A DNA stretch of 64,000 nucleotides, taken from positions 256,370,001 to 256,434,000 of the forward strand of contig OZ024741.1 in assembly GCA_964016885.1 (NCBI GenBank), read 5' to 3'. Shown piece by piece: positions 1 through 10,787 of this stretch (positions within the stretch are counted from its first letter, which is position 1; every line of letters starts with the position of its first letter). The notes beneath the pieces were generated by a model. The model was given only the letters and a program-made list of their open reading frames with translations, had not been told where the DNA came from and did not search any database. This stretch comes from Eledone cirrhosa (lineage: Eukaryota). A program made the translations under genes and the position numbers.

Positions 1-170
1 CGAGTTAAGAGTGTTTTTACTTACGAGTGTTCTGATTTACGAGTGTTCTGACTTACGAGTGTTCTGACTTACGAGTGTTCTGACTTACGAGTGTTCTGAC
101 TTACGAGTGTTCCGACTTTACGAGTGATTCGGGTCACGAGTGTTTCGGCTTACGAGTGTTTCGACTTACG

Positions 171-240
171 AAAATAACAAATAGACGCGGTTTCAAATCT
201 CTATGCTTTTCAAATTCATTACATTAATCTTTATTTATAC
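171..240 (+). repeat. 70-bp AT-rich interspersed element, copy 1 (downstream flank class A)
   Basis: AAAATAACAAATAGACGCGG...TTTATTTATAC, 17/70 GC, unrelated to the monomer. Confidence 0.97.
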
Positions 241-986
241 GTTTCGCTTTACGAGTGTTTCGACTTACGAGTGTTTCGACATACGAGTCTTTCGACTTAC
301 GAATATTTTTGCTTACGGGTGTTTCGACTTACGAATGTTTTTGCTTACGAGTGTTTCGGTTTACGAGTGTTCCGACTTACGAGTGTTCCGACTTACGAGT
401 GTCTCGGCTTACGAGTGTTTCCGGCTTACGAGTGTTTCAACTTACGAGTGTTCTGACTTACGAGTGTTCTGATTTACGGATGTTTCGACACACGAGTGTT
501 TCGAATTACGAGTGTTTCGACTTACGAGTGTTTTGACTTACGGGTGTTTTGACATACGAGTGTTTCGATACGAGTGTTTCGACTTACGAGTGTTCTGACT
601 TACGAGTGTTCTGACTTACGAGTGTTCTTACTTACGAGTGTTCCGACTTACGAGTGTTCCGACTTACGAGTGTTTCGGCATACGAGTGTTTCGGCTTACG
701 AGTGTTTCGACTTACGAATGTTTCGACTTACGAGTGTTCCGACTTACGGGTGTTTCGACTTACGAGTGTTTTGGCTTACGGTGTTTCGGCTTACGAGTGT
801 TTCGAGTTACGAGTGTTTTGACTTACACGTGTTTTGACATACGAGTGTTTCGATACGAGTGTTCTGACTTACGAGTGTTCTGACTTACGAGTGTTCTGAC
901 TTACGAGTGTTCTGACTTACGAGTGTTCCGACTTTACGAGTGTTTCGGCTCACGAGTGTTTCGGCTTACGAGTGTTTCGACTTACG

Positions 987-1056
987 AAAATAACAAATAG
1001 ACGCGGTTTCAAATCTCTATGCTTTTCAAATTCATTACATTAATCTTTATTTATAC
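987..1056 (+). repeat. 70-bp AT-rich element, copy 2 (flank class B)
   Basis: Same sequence as 171-240. Confidence 0.97.
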
Positions 1057-2719
1057 GTTTCGCTTTACGAGTGTTTCGACTTACGAGTGTTTCGACATAC
1101 GAGTGTTTCGGCTTACGAGTGTTTTGATTTACGAGTGTTTTGACTTACGGGTGCTTCGACTTACGCGTGTTTCGACTTACGAGTGTTTCGACTTACGAGT
1201 GTTTCGACTTACGAGTGTTTCGGCTTACGAGTGTTTTGACTTACGAAGTTTTGACTTACGATTGTTTCAGCTTACGAGTGTTTCGACTTACGAGTGTTCT
1301 GACTACGAGTGTTCTGATTTACGGGTGTTCTGACTTACGAGTGTTCCGACTTACGAGTGTTTCGGCTTATGAGTGTTTCGACTTACGAGTGCTTCGACTT
1401 ACGAGTGTTTCGGCTTACGGGTGTTTCGACTTACGAATGTTTTTGCTTACGAGTGTTTCGGCTTACGAGTGTTTCGGCTTATGAGTGTTTCGACTTACGA
1501 GTGTTTTGACTTACGGGTGTTTTGACATACGAGTGTTTCGATACGATTGTTCTGACTTACGAGTGTTTCCGCTTACGAGTGTTTCGGCTTACGAGTATTT
1601 CGACTTAAGGATGTTTCGACTTACGAGTGTTTCGACTTACGAGTGTTTCGACTTACGAGTGTTTTGGCTTACGAATGTTTTGACTTACGGGTGTTTCGAC
1701 TTACGAGTGTTTCGACTTATGAGTGTTTCGACTTACGAGTGTTTCGGCTTATGAGTGTTTCGACTTACGAGTGCTTCGGCTTACGAGTGTTTCGACTTAC
1801 GAGTATTTCGGCTTAAGAGTGTTTCGACGTACGAATGTTTTGGCTTACGAGTGTTTCGGCTTATGAGTGTTTCGGCTTACGAGTGTTTCGACTTACGAGT
1901 GTTTCGGCTTACGAGTGTTTCAGTGTTTCGGCTTACGTGTGTTTCGACTTACGAGTGTTTCGACTTACGACTGTTTCGGCTTACGAGTGTTTCGGCTTAC
2001 GAGTGTTTCGGCTTACGAGTGTTTTGACTTACGATTGTTTGGCTTACGAGTGTTCTGACTTACGGGTGTTCTGACTTACGGGTGTTCCGACTTACGAGTG
2101 TTTCGGCTTATGAGGGTTTCGACTTACGATTGTTTCGACTTACGAGTGTTTCGGCTTACGAGTGTTTCGACTTACGAGTGTTCTGACTTACGACTGTTTC
2201 GGCTTACGAGTGTTTCGGCTTACGAGTGTTTCGGCTTACGAGTGTTTTGACTTACGATTGTTTGGCTTACGAGTGTTCTGACTTACGGGTGTTCTGACTT
2301 ACGGGTGTTCCGACTTACGAGTGTTACGGCTTATGAGGGTTTCGACTTACGAGTGTTTCGACTTACGAGTGTTTCGGCTTACGAGTGTTTCGACTTACGA
2401 GTGTTCTGACTTACGAGTGTTCTGACTTACGAGTGTTCTTACTTACGAGTGTTCCGACTTACGAGTGTTCCGACTTACGAGTGTTTCGGCTTACGAGTGT
2501 TTCGGCTTACGAGTGTTTCGACTTACGAATGTTTCGACTTACGAGTGTTCCGACTTACGGGTGTTTCGACTTACGAGTGTTTTGGCTTACGGTGTTTCGG
2601 CTTACGAGTGTTTCGAGTTACGAGTGTTTTGACTTACACGTGTTTTGACATACGAGTGTTTCGACTTTACGAGTGTTTCGGCTCACGATTGTTTCGAATT
2701 ACGAGTGTTTCGACTTACG

Positions 2720-2789
2720 AAAATAACAAATAGACGCGGTTTCAAATCTCTATGCTTTTCAAATTCATTACATTAATCTTTATTTATAC
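2720..2789 (+). repeat. 70-bp AT-rich element, copy 3
   Basis: Same sequence, followed by the diagnostic TTTACGATG 1-bp deletion. Confidence 0.97.
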
Positions 2790-4277
2790 GTTTCGCTTTA
2801 CGATGTTTCGACTTACGAGTGTTTCGACATACGAGTGTTTCGGCTTACGAGTGTTTTGATTTACGAGTGTTTTGACTTACGGGTGCTTCGACTTACGCGT
2901 GTTTTGACTTACGAGTGTTTCGACTTAGGAGTGTTTCGACTTACGAGTGTTTCGGCTTACGAGTGTTTTGACTTACGAATGTTTTGACTTACGATTGTTT
3001 CGGCTTACGGGTGTTTCGACTTACGAATGTTTTTGCTTACGAGTGTTTCGGCTTACGAGTGTTTCGGCTTATGAGTGTTTCGAATTACGAGTGTTTTGAC
3101 TTACGGGTGTTTTGACATACGAGTGTTTCGATACGATTGTTCTGACTTACGAGTGTTTCCGCTTACGAGTGTTTCGGCTTACGAGTGTTTCGACTTACTA
3201 ATGTTTTTACTTACGAGTGTTTCGGTGTACGAGTGTTTCGACTTAAGGATGTTTCGACTTACGAGTGTTTCGACTTACGAGTGTTTCGACTTACGAGTGT
3301 TTCGACTTACGAGTGTTTTGGCTTACGAATGTTTGGACTTACGGGTGTTTCGACTTACGAGTATTTCGGCTTAAGAGTGTTTCGACGTACGAATGTTTTG
3401 GCTTACGAGTGTTTCGGCTTATGAGTGTTTCGGCTTACGAGTGTTTCGACTTACGAGTGTTTCGGCTTACGAGTGTTTCAGTGTTTCGGCTTACGTGTGT
3501 TTCGACTTACGAGTGTTTCGACTTACGACTGTTTCGGCTTACGAGTGTTTCGGCTTACGAGTGTTTCGGCTTACGAGTGTTTTGACTTACGATTGTTTGG
3601 CTTACGAGTGTTCTGACTTACGGGTGTTCTGACTTACGGGTGTTCCGACTTACGAGTGTTTCGGCTTATGAGGGTTTCGACTTACGATTGTTTCGACTTA
3701 CGAGTGTTTCGGCTTACGAGTGTTTCGACTTACGAGTGTTCTGACTTACGACTGTTTCGGCTTACGAGTGTTTCGGCTTACGAGTGTTTCGGCTTACGAG
3801 TGTTTTGACTTACGATTGTTTGGCTTACGAGTGTTCTGACTTACGGGTGTTCTGACTTACGGGTGTTCCGACTTACGAGTGTTACGGCTTATGAGGGTTT
3901 CGACTTACGAGTGTTTCGACTTACGAGTGTTTCGGCTTACGAGTGTTTCGACTTACGAGTGTTCTGACTTACGAGTGTTCTGACTTACGAGTGTTCTTAC
4001 TTACGAGTGTTCCGACTTACGAGTGTTCCGACTTACGAGTGTTTCGGCTTACGAGTGTTTCGGCTTACGAGTGTTTCGACTTACGAATGTTTCGACTTAC
4101 GAGTGTTCCGACTTACGGGTGTTTCGACTTACGAGTGTTTTGGCTTACGGTGTTTCGGCTTACGAGTGTTTCGAGTTACGAGTGTTTTGACTTACACGTG
4201 TTTTGACATACGAGTGTTTCGACTTTACGAGTGTTTCGGCTCACGATTGTTTCGAATTACGAGTGTTTCGACTTACG

Positions 4278-4347
4278 AAAATAACAAATAGACGCGGTTT
4301 CAAATCTCTATGCTTTTCAAATTCATTACATTAATCTTTATTTATAC
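4278..4347 (+). repeat. 70-bp AT-rich element, copy 4
   Basis: Same sequence, TTTACGATG flank. Confidence 0.97.
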
Positions 4348-5835
4348 GTTTCGCTTTACGATGTTTCGACTTACGAGTGTTTCGACATACGAGTGTTTCG
4401 GCTTACGAGTGTTTTGATTTACGAGTGTTTTGACTTACGGGTGCTTCGACTTACGCGTGTTTTGACTTACGAGTGTTTCGACTTACGAGTGTTTCGACTT
4501 ACGAGTGTTTCGGCTTACGAGTGTTTTGACTTACGAATGTTTTGACTTACGATTGTTTCGGCTTACGGGTGTTTCGACTTACGAATGTTTTTGCTTACGA
4601 GTGTTTCGGCTTACGAGTGTTTCGGCTTATGAGTGTTTCGAATTACGAGTGTTTTGACTTACGGGTGTTTTGACATACGAGTGTTTCGATACGATTGTTC
4701 TGACTTACGAGTGTTTCCGCTTACGAGTGTTTCGGCTTACGAGTGTTTCGACTTACTAATGTTTTTACTTACGAGTGTTTCGGTGTACGAGTGTTTCGAC
4801 TTAAGGATGTTTCGACTTACGAGTGTTTCGACTTACGAGTGTTTCGACTTACGAGTGTTTCGACTTACGAGTGTTTTGGCTTACGAATGTTTTGACTTAC
4901 GGGTGTTTCGACTTACGAGTATTTCGGCTTAAGAGTGTTTCGACGTACGAATGTTTTGGCTTACGAGTGTTTCGGCTTATGAGTGTTTCGGCTTACGAGT
5001 GTTTCGACTTACGAGTGTTTCGGCTTACGAGTGTTTCAGTGTTTCGGCTTACGTGTGTTTCGACTTACGAGTGTTTCGACTTACGACTGTTTCGGCTTAC
5101 GAGTGTTTCGGCTTACGAGTGTTTCGGCTTACGAGTGTTTTGACTTACGATTGTTTGGCTTACGAGTGTTCTGACTTACGGGTGTTCTGACTTACGGGTG
5201 TTCCGACTTACGAGTGTTTCGGCTTATGAGGGTTTCGACTTACGAGTGTTTCGACTTACGAGTGTTTCGGCTTACGAGTGTTTCGACTTACGAGTGTTCT
5301 GACTTACGACTGTTTCGGCTTACGAGTGTTTCGGCTTACGAGTGTTTCGGCTTACGAGTGTTTTGACTTACGATTGTTTGGCTTACGAGTGTTCTGACTT
5401 ACGGGTGTTCTGACTTACGGGTGTTCCGACTTACGAGTGTTACGGCTTATGAGGGTTTCGACTTACGAGTGTTTCGACTTACGAGTGTTTCGGCTTACGA
5501 GTGTTTCGACTTACGAGTGTTCTGACTTACGAGTGTTCTGACTTACGAGTGTTCTTACTTACGAGTGTTCCGACTTACGAGTGTTCCGACTTACGAGTGT
5601 TTCGGCTTACGAGTGTTTCGGCTTACGAGTGTTTCGACATACGAATGTTTCGACTTACGAGTGTTCCGACTTACGGGTGTTTCGACTTACGAGTGTTTTG
5701 GCTTACGGTGTTTCGGCTTACGAGTGTTTCGAGTTACGAGTGTTTTGACTTACACGTGTTTTGACATACGAGTGTTTCGACTTTACGAGTGTTTCGGCTC
5801 ACGATTGTTTCGAATTACGAGTGTTTCGACTTACG

Positions 5836-5905
5836 AAAATAACAAATAGACGCGGTTTCAAATCTCTATGCTTTTCAAATTCATTACATTAATCTTTATT
5901 TATAC
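5836..5905 (+). repeat. 70-bp AT-rich element, copy 5
   Basis: Same sequence, TTTACGATG flank. Confidence 0.97.
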
Positions 5906-7362
5906 GTTTCGCTTTACGATGTTTCGACTTACGAGTGTTTCGACATACGAGTGTTTCGGCTTACGAGTGTTTTGATTTACGAGTGTTTTGACTTACGGGT
6001 GCTTCGACTTACGCGTGTTTTGACTTACGAGTGTTTCGACTTACGAGTGTTTCGACTTACGAGTGTTTCGGCTTACGAGTGTTTTGACTTACGAATGTTT
6101 TGACTTACGATTGTTTCGGCTTACGGGTGTTTCGACTTACGAATGTTTTTGCTTACGAGTGTTTCGGCTTACGAGTGTTTCGGCTTATGAGTGTTTCGAA
6201 TTACGAGTGTTTTGACTTACGGGTGTTTTGACATACGAGTGTTTCGATACGATTGTTCTGACTTACGAGTGTTTCCGCTTACGAGTGTTTCGGCTTACGA
6301 GTGTTTCGACTTACTAATGTTTTTACTTACGAGTGTTTCGGTGTACGAGTGTTTCGACTTAAGGATGTTTCGACTTACGAGTGTTTCGACTTACGAGTGT
6401 TTCGACTTACGAGTGTTTCGACTTACGAGTGTTTTGGCTTACGAATGTTTTGACTTACGGGTGTTTCGACTTACGAGTGTTTCGGCTTATGAGTGTTTCG
6501 ACTTACGGGCGTTTCGACTTACGAGTGTTTCGACTTACGAGTGTTTTGGCTTACGAATGTTTTGACTTACGGGTGTTTCGACTTACGAGTGTTTCGACTT
6601 ATGAGTGTTTCGACTTACGAGTGTTTCGGCTTATGAGTGTTTCGACTTACGAGTGCTTCGGCTTACGAGTGTTTCGACTTACGAGTATTTCGGCTTACGA
6701 GTGTTTCGACGTACGAATGTTTTGGCTTACGAGTGTTTCGGCTTATGAGTGTTTCGGCTTACGAGTGTTTCGACTTACGAGTGTTTCGGCTTACGAGTGT
6801 TTCAGTGTTTCGGCTTACGTGTGTTTCGACTTACGAGTGTTTCGACTTACGACTGTTTCGGCTTATGAGTGTTTCGGCATACGAGTGTTTCGGCTTACGA
6901 GTGTTTTGACTTACGATTGTTTGGCTTACGAGTGTTCTGACTTACGGGTGTTCTGACTTACGGGTGTTCCGACTTACGAGTGTTTCGGCTTATGAGGGTT
7001 TCGACTTACGAGTGTTTCGACTTACGAGTGTTTCGGCTTACGAGTGTTTCGACTTACGAGTGTTCTGACTTACGAGTGTTCTGACTTACGAGTGTTCTTA
7101 CTTACGAGTGTTCCGACTTACGAGTGTTCCGACTTACGAGTGTTTCGGCTTACGAGTGTTTCGGCTTACGAGTGTTTCGACTTACGAATGTTTCGACTTA
7201 CGAGTGTTCCGACTTACGGGTGTTTCGACTTACGAGTGTTTTGGCTTACGGTGTTTCGGCTTACGAGTGTTTCGAGTTACGAGTGTTTTGACTTACGAGT
7301 GTTCCGACTTTACGAGTGTTTCGGCTCACGAGTGTTTCGGCTTACGAGTGTTTCGACTTACG

Positions 7363-7432
7363 AAAATAACAAATAGACGCGGTTTCAAATCTCTATGCTT
7401 TTCAAATTCATTACATTAATCTTTATTTATAC
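7363..7432 (+). repeat. 70-bp AT-rich element, copy 6
   Basis: Same sequence; downstream flank matches copy 2 (offset 6376). Confidence 0.97.
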
Positions 7433-9223
7433 GTTTCGCTTTACGAGTGTTTCGACTTACGAGTGTTTCGACATACGAGTGTTTCGGCTTACGAGTGTTT
7501 TGATTTACGAGTGTTTTGACTTACGGGTGCTTCGACTTACGCGTGTTTCGACTTACGAGTGTTTCGACTTACGAGTGTTTCGACTTACGAGTGTTTCGGC
7601 TTACGAGTGTTTTGACTTACGAAGTTTTGACTTACGATTGTTTCAGCTTACGAGTGTTTCGACTTACGAGTGTTCTGACTACGAGTGTTCTGATTTACGG
7701 GTGTTCTGACTTACGAGTGTTCCGACTTACGAGTGTTTCGGCTTATGAGTGTTTCGACTTACGAGTGCTTCGACTTACGAGTGTTTCGGCTTACGGGTGT
7801 TTCGACTTACGAATGTTTTTGCTTACGAGTGTTTCGGCTTACGAGTGTTTCGGCTTATGAGTGTTTCGACTTACGAGTGTTTTGACTTACGGGTGTTTTG
7901 ACATACGAGTGTTTCGATACGATTGTTCTGACTTACGAGTGTTTCCGCTTACGAGTGTTTCGGCTTACGAGTATTTCGACTTACTAATGTTTTTACTTAC
8001 GAGTGTTTCGGTGTACGAGTGTTTCGACTTAAGGATGTTTCGACTTACGAGTGTTTCGACTTACGAGTGTTTCGACTTACGAGTGTTTTGGCTTACGAAT
8101 GTTTTGACTTACGGGTGTTTCGACTTACGAGTGTTTCGACTTATGAGTGTTTCGACTTACGAGTGTTTCGGCTTATGAGTGTTTCGACTTACGAGTGCTT
8201 CGGCTTACGAGTGTTTCGACTTACGAGTATTTCGGCTTAAGAGTGTTTCGACGTACGAATGTTTTGGCTTACGAGTGTTTCGGCTTATGAGTGTTTCGGC
8301 TTACGAGTGTTTCGACTTACGAGTGTTTCGGCTTACGAGTGTTTCAGTGTTTCGGCTTACGTGTGTTTCGACTTACGAGTATTTCGGCTTAAGAGTGTTT
8401 CGACGTACGAATGTTTTGGCTTACGAGTGTTTCGGCTTATGAGTGTTTCGGCTTACGAGTGTTTCGACTTACGACTGTTTCGGCTTACGAGTGTTTCGGC
8501 TTACGAGTGTTTCGGCTTACGAGTGTTTTGACTTACGATTGTTTGGCTTACGAGTGTTCTGACTTACGGGTGTTCTGACTTACGGGTGTTCCGACTTACG
8601 AGTGTTTCGGCTTATGAGGGTTTCGACTTACGATTGTTTCGACTTACGAGTGTTTCGGCTTACGAGTGTTTCGACTTACGAGTGTTCTGACTTACGACTG
8701 TTTCGGCTTACGAGTGTTTCGGCTTACGAGTGTTTCGGCTTACGAGTGTTTTGACTTACGATTGTTTGGCTTACGAGTGTTCTGACTTACGGGTGTTCTG
8801 ACTTACGGGTGTTCCGACTTACGAGTGTTACGGCTTATGAGGGTTTCGACTTACGAGTGTTTCGACTTACGAGTGTTTCGGCTTACGAGTGTTTCGACTT
8901 ACGAGTGTTCTGACTTACGAGTGTTCTGACTTACGAGTGTTCTTACTTACGAGTGTTCCGACTTACGAGTGTTCCGACTTACGAGTGTTTCGGCTTACGA
9001 GTGTTTCGGCTTACGAGTGTTTCGACTTACGAATGTTTCGACTTACGAGTGTTCCGACTTACGGGTGTTTCGACTTACGAGTGTTTTGGCTTACGGTGTT
9101 TCGGCTTACGAGTGTTTCGAGTTACGAGTGTTTTGACTTACACGTGTTTTGACATACGAGTGTTTCGACTTTACGAGTGTTTCGGCTCACGATTGTTTCG
9201 AATTACGAGTGTTTCGACTTACG

Positions 9224-9293
9224 AAAATAACAAATAGACGCGGTTTCAAATCTCTATGCTTTTCAAATTCATTACATTAATCTTTATTTATAC
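9224..9293 (+). repeat. 70-bp AT-rich element, copy 7
   Basis: Same sequence, TTTACGATG flank. Confidence 0.97.
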
Positions 9294-10717
9294 GTTTCGC
9301 TTTACGATGTTTCGACTTACGAGTGTTTCGACATACGAGTGTTTCGGCTTACGAGTGTTTTGATTTACGAGTGTTTTGACTTACGGGTGCTTCGACTTAC
9401 GCGTGTTTTGACTTACGAGTGTTTCGACTTACGATTGTTTCGGCTTACGGGTGTTTCGACTTACGAATGTTTTTGCTTACGAGTGTTTCGGCTTACGAGT
9501 GTTTCGGCTTATGAGTGTTTCGAATTACGAGTGTTTTGACTTACGGGTGTTTTGACATACGAGTGTTTCGATACGATTGTTCTGACTTACGAGTGTTTCC
9601 GCTTACGAGTGTTTCGGCTTACGAGTGTTTCGACTTACTAATGTTTTTACTTACGAGTGTTTCGGTGTACGAGTGTTTCGACTTAAGGATGTTTCGACTT
9701 ACGAGTGTTTCGACTTACGAGTGTTTCGACTTACGAGTGTTTCGACTTACGAGTGTTTTGGCTTACGAATGTTTTGACTTACGGGTGTTTCGACTTACGA
9801 GTATTTCGGCTTAAGAGTGTTTCGACGTACGAATGTTTTGGCTTACGAGTGTTTCGGCTTATGAGTGTTTCGGCTTACGAGTGTTTCGACTTACGAGTGT
9901 TTCGGCTTACGAGTGTTTCAGTGTTTCGGCTTACGTGTGTTTCGACTTACGAGTGTTTCGACTTACGACTGTTTCGGCTTACGAGTGTTTCGGCTTACGA
10001 GTGTTTCGGCTTACGAGTGTTTTGACTTACGATTGTTTGGCTTACGAGTGTTCTGACTTACGGGTGTTCTGACTTACGGGTGTTCCGACTTACGAGTGTT
10101 TCGGCTTATGAGGGTTTCGACTTACGAGTGTTTCGACTTACGAGTGTTTCGGCTTACGAGTGTTTCGACTTACGAGTGTTCTGACTTACGACTGTTTCGG
10201 CTTACGAGTGTTTCGGCTTACGAGTGTTTCGGCTTACGAGTGTTTTGACTTACGATTGTTTGGCTTACGAGTGTTCTGACTTACGGGTGTTCTGACTTAC
10301 GGGTGTTCCGACTTACGAGTGTTACGGCTTATGAGGGTTTCGACTTACTAGTGTTTCGACTTACGAGTGTTTCGGCTTACGAGTGTTTCGACTTACGAGT
10401 GTTCTGACTTACGAGTGTTCTGACTTACGAGTGTTCTTACTTACGAGTGTTCCGACTTACGAGTGTTCCGACTTACGAGTGTTTCGGCTTACGAGTGTTT
10501 CGGCTTACGAGTGTTTCGACTTACGAATGTTTCGACTTACGAGTGTTCCGACTTACGGGTGTTTCGACTTACGAGTGTTTTGGCTTACGGTGTTTCGGCT
10601 TACGAGTGTTTCGAGTTACGAGTGTTTTGACTTACACGTGTTTTGACATACGAGTGTTTCGACTTTACGAGTGTTTCGGCTCACGATTGTTTCGAATTAC
10701 GAGTGTTTCGACTTACG

Positions 10718-10787
10718 AAAATAACAAATAGACGCGGTTTCAAATCTCTATGCTTTTCAAATTCATTACATTAATCTTTATTTATAC
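10718..10787 (+). repeat. 70-bp AT-rich element, copy 8
   Basis: Same sequence, TTTACGATG flank. Confidence 0.97.

Larger units (their letters stand above)
1790..6470 (+). repeat. 1558-bp higher-order repeat, about 3 tandem copies (boundaries approximate)
   Basis: Elements at 2720/4278/5836 and matching ORF starts 1835/3393/4951, 2385/3943/5501 and 3075/4633/6191 are all 1558 bp apart. Confidence 0.93.

Noticed and set aside
167-241. TACG at both ends of the element as a target-site duplication of a mobile insertion
   Set aside because: The second TACG is followed by TTTCG rather than AGTG, so the monomer does not resume in register. There are no real terminal inverted repeats, and the shared flanks show amplification rather than independent insertion.
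203-472. MLFKFITLIFIYTF... ORFs starting at the ATG in the 70-bp element, resembling a signal peptide
   Set aside because: The hydrophobicity follows from T-rich codons. The downstream frame and length vary between copies, with a 1-bp frameshift in five copies and an early TAA in others.
1686-1720. CENP-B box similarity (TTCG...CGGG in some variant monomers; both sub-motifs are visible here)
   Set aside because: The CENP-B box has 7 nt between TTCG and CGGG. In monomers carrying both, the gap is 5 nt (ACTTA), and CGGG is only a minority variant.
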